This document shows positions 25,492 to 34,471 of a stretch of 64,000 bases of DNA, piece by piece. How positions within the stretch are numbered: position 1 is the stretch's first letter; the number at the start of each line of letters is the position of its first letter. The stretch lies in the sequence record OQ990040, one strand, 5' to 3'. The position numbers and the translations under genes were made by a program. A model generated the notes under the pieces. The model had not been told where the DNA came from and made no database searches. It saw only the letters and a list, made by a program, of their open reading frames with translations. The DNA is from Escherichia phage SUT_E520.

Positions 25492-26964
25492 ATGACCTTG
25501 TTTAACGTGCAAGCTGTAGTGTTGAAGATGCTTCTAGCTTCCGAACAGAAGCAAATAGCATTGGAAACATTCTCAAAACTGCATAAAGATCATTTTAATG
25601 ACGCTTTCTCCTCAATTTACCAAGCCGTCCAGAATTATTATAAAAAATATAACACAATGCCGTCCATTGACGCACTTATGCTTGAAGCTAATAGGAACGC
25701 CCGCCTTTCTCAAGCCCTAGTCGTCTTAGCTAACACTCAAATTCCAGAAGTGAGCATGGAACAGGCACTTGAAGTCCTAGAGGCCGAGTATACACAGGAT
25801 TTATTCCTGAAGCTTCTAGAAACAGACGTGCTTCAAGATTTAACAATGCTGGATCAGGGAGAAATTCTCAACCGAGTTGCCTCCCTTCACTTAAAATTAG
25901 AAGAGAAAGTAACGAATACTGGAAAAGTATTCAACGCAGATAACATGCGTATTTTCCAGAGAGAAGAAGATACCAAACTGAACTTAATCGCTCTTGGTAT
26001 TTGTAATGAGTTCGATGCTCAAATTGGTTTAGCTCGCACAGAAACGTTACTGCTTGGTGGTTGGCGTGGTACTGGTAAATCCATTATCTGTTCAAACATA
26101 CAGGTTCAGCAATATTTGAATGGAGATATTGCTCCATACTTCTCAATTGAGATGAAAGAACATGAAGTATTTAGACGTAATCTAGCCATGTTAGCCGGGG
26201 TATCAGCACTAGCAATGCGTAATAATACTCTAGAAGGTGCAGCTCTATTGAGATTAGCCAGAACTAGAGCTAGAATGTTCAACGGGGGTGAAGAGCTTTT
26301 CGATAACTTCGTTAAACAGTATACAATGGCTAAGATGAGTGATTTCTACGATATGGAGAGTAAGCTAATAGAGGGGTATGAACTACATACTCCTATGATT
26401 ATCGTTTATGACCCTGAACTGTCCATTACAACAGTTGACGTAGAATTAAATAAATTAGTTGCTAGATATGGTGATAAAGTTACAGTAGCTTTACTGGACT
26501 ATATTAACCAAACCCGACTTCCAGATTCTAAAACCATTGATATGTATGACTGGAAGGAACAGATGGTTGTTAGCTCGTCTTTCAAATCCATCTGCCAGAA
26601 ACATAACGTGGCTGGCGTAGCTCCCTACCAGATCGATCAAGATGGTAGAACACGTATGTCAAAGGGGATTCTTGATTCCGCAGACATGGCTGCTAATCTT
26701 AATGCTGCTAAAGCTGATAATGGTCAAGGTGCTATTATGTTTGACTTTGTTAAGACTCGTTCTTCTGATAGCGTGAAGTTTATGCCTAAAATGAATTGGG
26801 AAACTCTGCGAATGGATAATACTACCAACCTAGCAATGGAAGATATATCTCAAATGGAAGCTGAGTTCGTTATCCCTATTGAGAAGGATAAGCCGGCTCA
26901 ACCTAAACGTGCTAAGAAAGACAAAACTGAAAATTCAACAGGTGAACAGGCCAGCGATATATGA
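25492..26964 (+). CDS. DnaB/RecA-fold replicative helicase-like ATPase
   Basis: Walker A LLGGWRGTGKS and downstream Walker B-like acidic strand. Start uncertain: the track ORF begins at 25441 inside a terminator-like hairpin; in-frame ATG at 25492 follows AAGGAG. Confidence 0.6.
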   Translation: MTLFNVQAVVLKMLLASEQKQIALETFSKLHKDHFNDAFSSIYQAVQNYYKKYNTMPSIDALMLEANRNARLSQALVVLANTQIPEVSMEQALEVLEAEYTQDLFLKLLETDVLQDLTMLDQGEILNRVASLHLKLEEKVTNTGKVFNADNMRIFQREEDTKLNLIALGICNEFDAQIGLARTETLLLGGWRGTGKSIICSNIQVQQYLNGDIAPYFSIEMKEHEVFRRNLAMLAGVSALAMRNNTLEGAALLRLARTRARMFNGGEELFDNFVKQYTMAKMSDFYDMESKLIEGYELHTPMIIVYDPELSITTVDVELNKLVARYGDKVTVALLDYINQTRLPDSKTIDMYDWKEQMVVSSSFKSICQKHNVAGVAPYQIDQDGRTRMSKGILDSADMAANLNAAKADNGQGAIMFDFVKTRSSDSVKFMPKMNWETLRMDNTTNLAMEDISQMEAEFVIPIEKDKPAQPKRAKKDKTENSTGEQASDI

Positions 26965-27851
26965 GTAGAATAACAGAACTACTTGATCTGAAAGGCATTG
27001 AATATAAAGACACAGGTGGGGACATCCTCATCTGTTGTCTCAATCCAGATCATGACGATAAACACCCAAGTTTGCGTATTGATCCTGAAACAGGTATTAT
27101 GCACTGCTTGAGTTGTGGCTTCGGTAAAGGTATACCGAGCATTTACCATTATTTTAATGAGACTCAGTACCGACAGTCTCCAAGACTATCGCAGGTACGT
27201 AAAAAGATTTCAGAGATTAGGAATGGATCTACAAATCTTGCAATTCCTGAATCTGCTTACCTTTTCGAAGGTGATTTCCGAGGTATAAGTTCTAAGACCT
27301 TGAAGAAATACTTTGCTTTCCAACACCAAGCAGACTGGGAAGGCAGAATTGTATTCCCAATCACAGATGCTGTTGGACGCAATATCCTATTTTTGGGTCG
27401 TTCTATAAACAGTTCTGCCCCTCCTAAATACTTAGTAAAACCAAAACAAGTTTCACCACCGATTTTCCCTGTACGATATAATACTCCAGTTCTTATTCTA
27501 GTTGAAGGTATCTTTGATATGCTGAACCTAGAGGATAATGGTATAGACTATGCTTCTTGCTGCTTTGGTACACATCAGTTTACTTCAGATAACATTGCAG
27601 ATAAGTTTAGCCCTTATATTATTGCTGGTGTAAAAGTTGTTGTTATCTTACTAGATAATGATGCTTCTGGTAATAAAGCTGCACAAGCGTTGGCCAAGCT
27701 AATTCGTACAAAAACGCGTTTAACACCTGTAGTGGCTAACTTTCTTCTACCCGAAGGTAAAGACCCTGGTGACTTAAATAAAGAAGAAATTGATATGTTA
27801 GCAAAACGTATTGAAATTTTAGTTGCTGAATCGCTTAAAGATTTGGTATAA
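26961..27851 (+). CDS. DnaG-like DNA primase (zinc-binding plus TOPRIM)
   Basis: CHC2-type zinc motif CCLNPDHDDKHPSL...HCLSCG, TOPRIM-like LVEGIFDMLNL and ILLDNDASG. Confidence 0.8.
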   Translation: MSRITELLDLKGIEYKDTGGDILICCLNPDHDDKHPSLRIDPETGIMHCLSCGFGKGIPSIYHYFNETQYRQSPRLSQVRKKISEIRNGSTNLAIPESAYLFEGDFRGISSKTLKKYFAFQHQADWEGRIVFPITDAVGRNILFLGRSINSSAPPKYLVKPKQVSPPIFPVRYNTPVLILVEGIFDMLNLEDNGIDYASCCFGTHQFTSDNIADKFSPYIIAGVKVVVILLDNDASGNKAAQALAKLIRTKTRLTPVVANFLLPEGKDPGDLNKEEIDMLAKRIEILVAESLKDLV

Positions 27852-27852
27852 T
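27823..27852 (+). promoter_or_regulatory. promoter for the DNA polymerase gene, within the 3' end of the primase gene
   Basis: TTGCTG - 18 bp - TGGTATAAT (extended -10); leader contains a TTGGTAAGT...ACTTACCAA hairpin ahead of a GAGGAG RBS. Confidence 0.45.
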
Positions 27853-27913
27853 ATATTGGTAAGTTAGAGAAGAAACACTGAAGTTATACTTACTTACCAA
27901 GAGGAGATTAAAT

Positions 27914-29239
27914 TTGAAAATCGCAGTAGTTGATAAAGCTCTAAATAACACTCGTTACGATAAACATTTCCAGCTATACGGCGAGGAAGTTGATGTATTT
28001 CATATGTGTAACGAGAAGTTATCTGGTCGTTTGCTTAAAAAGCACATTACTATTGGAACACCAGAAAATCCATTTGATCCGAATGATTACGATTTTGTTA
28101 TACTAGTAGGTGCTGAACCTTTCCTGTATTTCGCAGGTAAGAAAGGCATTGGTGACTATACTGGTAAACGTGTAGAATATAATGGATATGCTAACTGGAT
28201 TGCAAGTATCAGCCCAGCCCAGTTACACTTTAAGCCTGAAATGAAACCAGTTTTCGATGCAACAGTAGAGAATATCCACGATATTATCAATGGTCGTGAA
28301 AAGATTGCAAAAGCTGGTGATTACCGTCCTATTACTGACCCTGATGAGGCGGAAGAATATATCAAGATGGTGTATAATATGGTTATCGGACCTGTCGCAT
28401 TCGACTCCGAAACCTCAGCACTATACTGTCGAGATGGTTATCTGCTTGGTGTTTCTATATCTCACCAAGAGTATCAGGGTGTATATATCGATTCTGATTG
28501 TCTCACAGAGGTTGCAGTATATTATCTCCAGAAAATTCTGGATAGTGAAAACCACACTATTGTTTTTCACAACTTGAAGTTTGATATGCACTTTTATAAG
28601 TACCATCTGGGACTTACTTTTGATAAAGCACATAAAGAACGCAGGCTCCATGATACAATGTTGCAGCATTATGTTCTAGATGAGCGTCGTGGTACTCATG
28701 GCTTGAAATCTCTAGCAATGAAGTATACCGATATGGGTGACTATGACTTTGAACTAGATAAGTTCAAAGATGATTACTGCAAAGCACATAAAATCAAGAA
28801 AGAAGATTTCACCTATGATTTAATTCCGTTTGATATTATGTGGCCTTACGCTGCAAAAGATACCGATGCCACCATACGCTTGCACAACTTCTTCTTACCA
28901 AAAATTGAGAAGAATGAAAAACTTTGCAGTCTGTATTATGATGTTCTAATGCCTGGTTGTGTATTTCTCCAGCGTGTTGAGGATCGTGGTGTACCAATTT
29001 CTATTGATCGCTTGAAAGAAGCTCAGTATCAGTTAACTCATAATCTGAATAAAGCTCGTGAGAAACTATATACTTATCCAGAAGTCGTTCAGCTAGAAAA
29101 AGATCAGAATGAAGCGTTTAATCCAAACTCTGTTAAGCAGCTACGTGTTCTTCTGTTTGATTATGTTGGCTTAACTCCAACAGGTAAATTGACGGATACT
29201 GGAGCAGACTCTACAGATGCAGAAGCTCTGAACGAACTG
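27914..29239 (+). CDS. family A DNA polymerase, N-terminal part with 3'-5' exonuclease domain; interrupted by an N-run
   Basis: TTG start after AAGAGGAG RBS; exo motif FDSETSALY. Track ORF 27914..29410 reads through the gap into a wrong frame. Confidence 0.8.
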
Positions 29240-29339
29240 NNNNNNNNNNNNNNNNNNNNNNNNNNNNNNNNNNNNNNNNNNNNNNNNNNNNNNNNNNNNN
29301 NNNNNNNNNNNNNNNNNNNNNNNNNNNNNNNNNNNNNNN
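29240..29339. other. N-run (assembly gap) without duplicated flanks, inside the DNA polymerase gene
   Basis: 100 N; flanks not identical; polymerase frame resumes after the gap. Confidence 0.9.
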
Positions 29340-30350
29340 GGGTATCGTGTAATCGCATGGGACTTAACAACTGCGGAAGTTTATTATGCTGCTGTTCTAT
29401 CTGGGGATAGAAATATGCAACAGGTATTTATCAATATGAGAAATGAACCTGATAAATACCCGGACTTCCACTCTAACATCGCACACATGGTATTTAAACT
29501 CCAATGCGAGCCTCGTGATGTTAAAAAGTTATTCCCAGCTCTGCGTCAGGCTGCTAAGGCAATTACCTTCGGTATTTTGTATGGTTCTGGCCCAGCTAAA
29601 GTAGCTCATTCTGTTAACGAAGCTCTTCTGGAACAGGCTGCTAAGACAGGAGAACCGTTTGTTGAATGTACTGTTGCGGATGCGAAGGACTATATCGAAA
29701 CTTACTTCGGTCAGTTCCCACAGCTTAAGCGTTGGATTGATAAGTGCCACGATCAGATTAAGAATCATGGATTTATCTATAGTCACTTTGGTCGTAAGCG
29801 TCGTCTGCACAATATCCACTCCGAAGACCGTGGTGTTCAGGGTGAAGAAATTCGTTCTGGATTTAACGCAATCATTCAGTCTGCTTCCTCTGATAGCCTC
29901 CTTTTAGGTGCTGTAGATGCAGATAATGAGATCATTTCTCTTGGCCTAGAACAAGAGATGAAGATTGTTATGCTGGTTCATGACTCCGTGGTTGCTATTG
30001 TTCGTGAGGATTTGATCGACCAATACAATGAAATCCTGATTCGTAATATTCAGAAAGACCGTGGTATCAGTATTCCTGGCTGTCCGATTGGTATTGATTC
30101 AGATTCTGAAGCTGGAGGTTCTCGTGACTATTCTTGTGGTAAGATGAAGAAACAGCACCCATCAATCGCTTGTATTGATGATGATGAATATACTCGTTAT
30201 GTCAAGAGTGTATTACTTGATGCAGAGTTCGAGTATAAGAAACTAGCTGCAATGGATAAAGAGCATCCAGATCATAGCAAATACAAGGATGATAAGTTTA
30301 TTGCTGTATGTAAAGATTTGGATAACGTAAGAAGGATTCTCGGTGCTTGA
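29340..30350 (+). CDS. family A DNA polymerase, C-terminal polymerase part; continues out of the N-run
   Basis: Frame is open from the first base after the gap; motif B RQAAKAITFGILYG and motif C LVHDS. Confidence 0.8.
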   Translation, partial: GYRVIAWDLTTAEVYYAAVLSGDRNMQQVFINMRNEPDKYPDFHSNIAHMVFKLQCEPRDVKKLFPALRQAAKAITFGILYGSGPAKVAHSVNEALLEQAAKTGEPFVECTVADAKDYIETYFGQFPQLKRWIDKCHDQIKNHGFIYSHFGRKRRLHNIHSEDRGVQGEEIRSGFNAIIQSASSDSLLLGAVDADNEIISLGLEQEMKIVMLVHDSVVAIVREDLIDQYNEILIRNIQKDRGISIPGCPIGIDSDSEAGGSRDYSCGKMKKQHPSIACIDDDEYTRYVKSVLLDAEFEYKKLAAMDKEHPDHSKYKDDKFIAVCKDLDNVRRILGA

Positions 30351-30840
30351 TTTCAAATTGCCCGTCTATACGTTACGGGCGTTTGTATCAATTGAGCAAG
30401 AAGGTGATTATTCCGTAATTACAACAAGATATAATAAATATGTGCTAGATAACAGGAAGTTGCCTGGCACGTTTTCTCAACGTAGGCTCATTCTATTTGA
30501 GAAACGGAAAGAATTACCGTACAAGCTCTATCCTATTAGAGGTAGAATATCAATGTTGTCCCAATTAGTTGGGTCAAAGCGTAGCCAATTTATAGATTCT
30601 GATGGAAATCTTATTAATTGGAAGAAAACTACGTTCTATGATGTTGTTACCTCTAAAGTTTTGAATTCAGCTAGAATTTATAACGGAAAATACCAATGCT
30701 ATGTAGCTAAAGTTCCATACCCATTTGTATTATCCTATGTTCCAGCTTATATAAGCTATATTCTGGTAAATAATAGCCCTGTTATTTATCAAGTCCATCA
30801 AGAGGAGCCTGAAATTCCTAGACTTAGAATAAAATTATGA
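30343..30840 (+). CDS. hypothetical protein (165 aa)
   Basis: ORF track; overlapping start/stop with flanking replication genes. Confidence 0.4.
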   Translation: MLDFKLPVYTLRAFVSIEQEGDYSVITTRYNKYVLDNRKLPGTFSQRRLILFEKRKELPYKLYPIRGRISMLSQLVGSKRSQFIDSDGNLINWKKTTFYDVVTSKVLNSARIYNGKYQCYVAKVPYPFVLSYVPAYISYILVNNSPVIYQVHQEEPEIPRLRIKL

Positions 30841-32189
30841 AGGTTGTTATATCTAATAAAGCCTATTTCAAGCCCGATGATGAACTTTGGGATTATTGTA
30901 GTAAGCAAACCACTTATCACATAGAGACAATGACTAGTAAATACCCTATTATGTATAAGAATAGTGGTGTTGTTGCTAAAGAGATTAAGTGGATTCCTAT
31001 CACGCGTCTGGATTTATTAGATGCTAAAGGAGTAAAATACGAATTAGTAGATAAACGTACATTAGCTCCGGTAGATATACCAAAACCTAAGTTCAAGCTG
31101 CGTGAAGAAGACCAGCTCCCAATATATGAAGAGTGCGATGATACCTGTATTATTAATGGTAAGCCTGGGTTTGGTAAAACTATCCTAGCCCTTGCACTTG
31201 CGTATAAATTTGGCCAGAAAACTTTGGTAATCTGTACGAATACATCCATTCGTGAAATGTGGGCAGCAGAAGTTCGTAAATGGTTTGGGTTTGAACCGGG
31301 CATTATAGGTTCTGGGAAATACAATATTGATCCACCAATTGTAGTCAGTAATATTCAAACAGTGAATAAACATGCGAATAATCTTTCTAAAGTATTCGGT
31401 ACTGTTATAGTTGATGAAGTTCACCATTGTGTGGCTACAACTTTCACCAACTTCCTAGAAATATCATGTGCTCGCTATAAGATTGGACTATCTGGAACAT
31501 TAAAACGGAAAGATGGTCTACAAGTTATGTTCAAAGATTTCTTTGGATATAAGATCTTTAGCCCACCGGTTAATAATACTGTTGCACCTACAATCCATAG
31601 GTACTCCGTGCCTGTTGAGTTATCAGGAAACCAAAACGTACCATGGGCATTACGTGCTAATGATGTGTATAACCATCCTGAATATCGAGAGACTATTATA
31701 AACTTAGCACACTTATACGTGAATATGGGGCATAAAGTACTCATTGTAAGTGACAGAACAGAGTTAATCCAAACAGTACTAGAAGCTCTCGCACAGCGTG
31801 GTGTTACAACATATGAAATTATAGGGGCAACCCACTTGGATGACCGATTAAAAATTCAGGAAAATATAGCAAAAGGTGGGCCTTGTGTACTTGCAGCAGC
31901 TCAAAGTATCTTCTCTGAAGGTATTTCCCTTAATGAGCTATCTTGTTTAATAATGGGGAGTCTCATTAATAATGAATCTCTCATTGAACAGCTTGCAGGA
32001 CGTGTTCAACGTATTGTCGATGGTAAACTCGACCCTATTGTTGTAGATCTAATTATGAAAGGTGGCACTGGACTAAGACAGGCTTCTGGACGTATGGCAG
32101 TATATCGTAACAACGGGTGGAAAACTATTACCATGACTCCTGAGAAAGCAGTTCAATTAGCTAAAATTGCATTTGGCAACAGCTCATAA
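30837..32189 (+). CDS. SF2 DExH-box helicase (T5 D10-like by position)
   Basis: Walker A GKPGFGKT, DExH box VIVDEVHH, C-terminal helicase motif QLAGRVQR. Confidence 0.7.
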   Translation: MKVVISNKAYFKPDDELWDYCSKQTTYHIETMTSKYPIMYKNSGVVAKEIKWIPITRLDLLDAKGVKYELVDKRTLAPVDIPKPKFKLREEDQLPIYEECDDTCIINGKPGFGKTILALALAYKFGQKTLVICTNTSIREMWAAEVRKWFGFEPGIIGSGKYNIDPPIVVSNIQTVNKHANNLSKVFGTVIVDEVHHCVATTFTNFLEISCARYKIGLSGTLKRKDGLQVMFKDFFGYKIFSPPVNNTVAPTIHRYSVPVELSGNQNVPWALRANDVYNHPEYRETIINLAHLYVNMGHKVLIVSDRTELIQTVLEALAQRGVTTYEIIGATHLDDRLKIQENIAKGGPCVLAAAQSIFSEGISLNELSCLIMGSLINNESLIEQLAGRVQRIVDGKLDPIVVDLIMKGGTGLRQASGRMAVYRNNGWKTITMTPEKAVQLAKIAFGNSS

Positions 32190-32201
32190 ATGATGTATAA
32201 T
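32173..32201 (+). promoter_or_regulatory. early promoter with conserved leader (first of two tandem copies)
   Basis: TTGGCA - 17 bp - TATAAT, then CATAAATTTGAGAGAGAAAG and a TTCGGA...TCCGAA hairpin. Confidence 0.5.
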
Positions 32202-32272
32202 ATATACATAAATTTGAGAGAGAAAGTTTCGGATTGATAAGAAAGTCCGAAGCAGAAAAATAAAAATTTTAG

Positions 32273-32302
32273 TTGCTAAATTCTCTCGAAATCTAGTATA
32301 AT
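32273..32302 (+). promoter_or_regulatory. early promoter with conserved leader (second tandem copy)
   Basis: TTGCTA - 17/18 bp - TATAAT, then CATAAATTCGAGGAGAAAAC. Confidence 0.5.
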
Positions 32303-32409
32303 ATATACATAAATTCGAGGAGAAAACAAAAATTAAATTCTTCGATTATGAAAAGCTATACTTACTAGCTAGAGGAAATTCCGACCTAATTATCAAGCTA
32401 TTCAAAAGA

Positions 32410-32694
32410 ATGCTTACAGAGCCTGATGCTCATCAATTATTGGTCGGTTCCTCATTCATTTTGAATGAATCAACAATAGTTGATAATCCAAATAAATTGT
32501 CTAATAGACAACTGGCAGAATATCTAGGAATTTTAAGTCTACGAAATTATGCCGAATACAAGTTTACAAACGATCCTAGTTTGGACATACAATATGTTCC
32601 AGTATGGATACCACGTTTAGTAATCGACACTAACCCACTAATCGCAATTAACAAATCGAAATTAATCTTTAAAGAGGAAATAAAATATGGCTAA
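32410..32694 (+). CDS. hypothetical protein (94 aa)
   Basis: ORF track; weak RBS. Confidence 0.3.
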   Translation: MLTEPDAHQLLVGSSFILNESTIVDNPNKLSNRQLAEYLGILSLRNYAEYKFTNDPSLDIQYVPVWIPRLVIDTNPLIAINKSKLIFKEEIKYG

Positions 32695-33453
32695 GTCTTG
32701 GGGCGAAACTACTGGCGGTTCTAACGATAAAATCGAATTCCTGAAGTTCAACAACGGTATCACTCGTGTTCGTATCGTTTCTGGTGTTCTTCCACGTTAT
32801 GTCTATTGGCTGACTAATAAAGAGGGTAACGTAGCTCCTTTCGAATGTCTCCGTTTTAACCGTGACAAAGAGAGCTTTGTTCGTGGTAAAGCTGATCCGG
32901 TTCATGAGATGGGCTTCTTCGAGAAAGAGCTGGATAAAGATGGTAATCGTGTTCCGCTGAAACCGAAGAAAAACTATATCGCTTTTGTTATCGACCGTTC
33001 TGATAACAAACTGAAAGTAATGGAAGTCAAGGCTACTATTCTGAAAGGCATCCAGTCTATCATGAAGCAGCTGAGCCTGGCAACTCCGTTTGATATTGAT
33101 ATTTCTATCGAGAAAAAAGGTAAAGGTTTCGATACTGAGTATGATGTACAGCAGATTGCTGCTATGCAGTTCCAGATTAAGCTGCAAGATCCTAACAGTG
33201 CAGAATCTAAGCAATATGCTGCAGATGTAGATCTGATCGGTGAAGCTATGTGTGATGAAGATGGCGACATCATTAAGTTCGAAAAAGTTCCTTCTCTGGA
33301 ACAAACCTATCCGGTTCCTACCTATGAAGAGCAGAAAGAAGCAATTCTAGCCTTCATGGAAGGTCGTGAGAATAAAGATGATGATGCCAAATCTGGTAAT
33401 AGCAATGCAGGCTCCCAGAAAGGTATTGACACAGAAGCTGCAAGCGATCTGGA
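32687..33453 (+). CDS. putative ssDNA-binding protein (3' end lost in an N-run); optimal-codon usage
   Basis: AGAGGAAA RBS; acidic C-terminal region (DTEAASDL...) as in SSB tails; CTG/CGT/GGT-rich codons. SSB assignment is tentative. Confidence 0.4.
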
Positions 33454-33553
33454 NNNNNNNNNNNNNNNNNNNNNNNNNNNNNNNNNNNNNNNNNNNNNNN
33501 NNNNNNNNNNNNNNNNNNNNNNNNNNNNNNNNNNNNNNNNNNNNNNNNNNNNN
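33454..33553. other. N-run (assembly gap) without duplicated flanks, between the SSB-like and SbcD-like genes
   Basis: 100 N; flanks differ. Confidence 0.9.
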
Positions 33554-34471
33554 GAATGGCAGAAGCGTCGCTTCCTGATGCTAGGAGAACGGTTAAATGA
33601 TATATTCCATAATCATAACTGTGATCTTCATATTGCTGGTGGTGATATACTTGATGTTGCCGACCCGTCGTCAGAAGAAATAGAACTGCTTGAACAGTTC
33701 ATGTCAAGACTTGACCATCCAGGCAAAATCTTTACTGGAAATCATGAAATGTTAACGAAAACCATTTCATGTCTATATCATTATGCAGGAGTTATTAATA
33801 AAGTAACGAGTGGTAAGTGGGAAGTAATTACCAAACCATATCGTTCCCCTGAATTTGATATTGTTCCATATGACGAAATCCATAAATCTAAGTGGAAACC
33901 ATCTGAATCAAAACTATGTTTCACGCATGTTCGTGGTGAAATCCCTCCACATGTAAAACCAGAAATTGATCTAACTAAGTACAACTGTTATGATACTGTA
34001 ATTGCTGGCGATTTACATTCTTATACTAATAGCCAGACTATCGGATCTACTAGACTCCTCTACCCAGGGTCTCCATTAACTACATCGTTCCATAGAGAAC
34101 GCACAAAAGGTACAAATGGTTGCTTTATCGTTGATACCGACACATTAAAAGTAGAATGGATTGAACTCGGTGATTTACCACAACTGATTCGTAAAACAAT
34201 CGGAGCTGGTGAAGAGATGGAACCTAGTGATTATGATCGTGTAGTCTATGAAGTTACTGGTGACGTTGTTCAATTAAAGTCTATCAAAGACTCTGATTTA
34301 TTAGATAAGAAGATTAACCATCGAGTTACTAAAGACGCTAAGTTAAATCTTGTTGATCTTGATATGTTAGGCGAACTTGAACTTTACTTCCGTGAAGTTG
34401 AGAAGCTATCTCAAGGCGACATTGATAGAATCTTGGCTAGAGCTGCGAAATATGTCAAAGATTACAATTAA
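33554..34471 (+). CDS. Mre11/SbcD-like calcineurin-fold nuclease (5' end lost in an N-run)
   Basis: Phosphoesterase motifs AGGDILD, GNHE, GDLH; the track fuses it to the upstream gene across the gap. Confidence 0.7.
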   Translation, partial: EWQKRRFLMLGERLNDIFHNHNCDLHIAGGDILDVADPSSEEIELLEQFMSRLDHPGKIFTGNHEMLTKTISCLYHYAGVINKVTSGKWEVITKPYRSPEFDIVPYDEIHKSKWKPSESKLCFTHVRGEIPPHVKPEIDLTKYNCYDTVIAGDLHSYTNSQTIGSTRLLYPGSPLTTSFHRERTKGTNGCFIVDTDTLKVEWIELGDLPQLIRKTIGAGEEMEPSDYDRVVYEVTGDVVQLKSIKDSDLLDKKINHRVTKDAKLNLVDLDMLGELELYFREVEKLSQGDIDRILARAAKYVKDYN

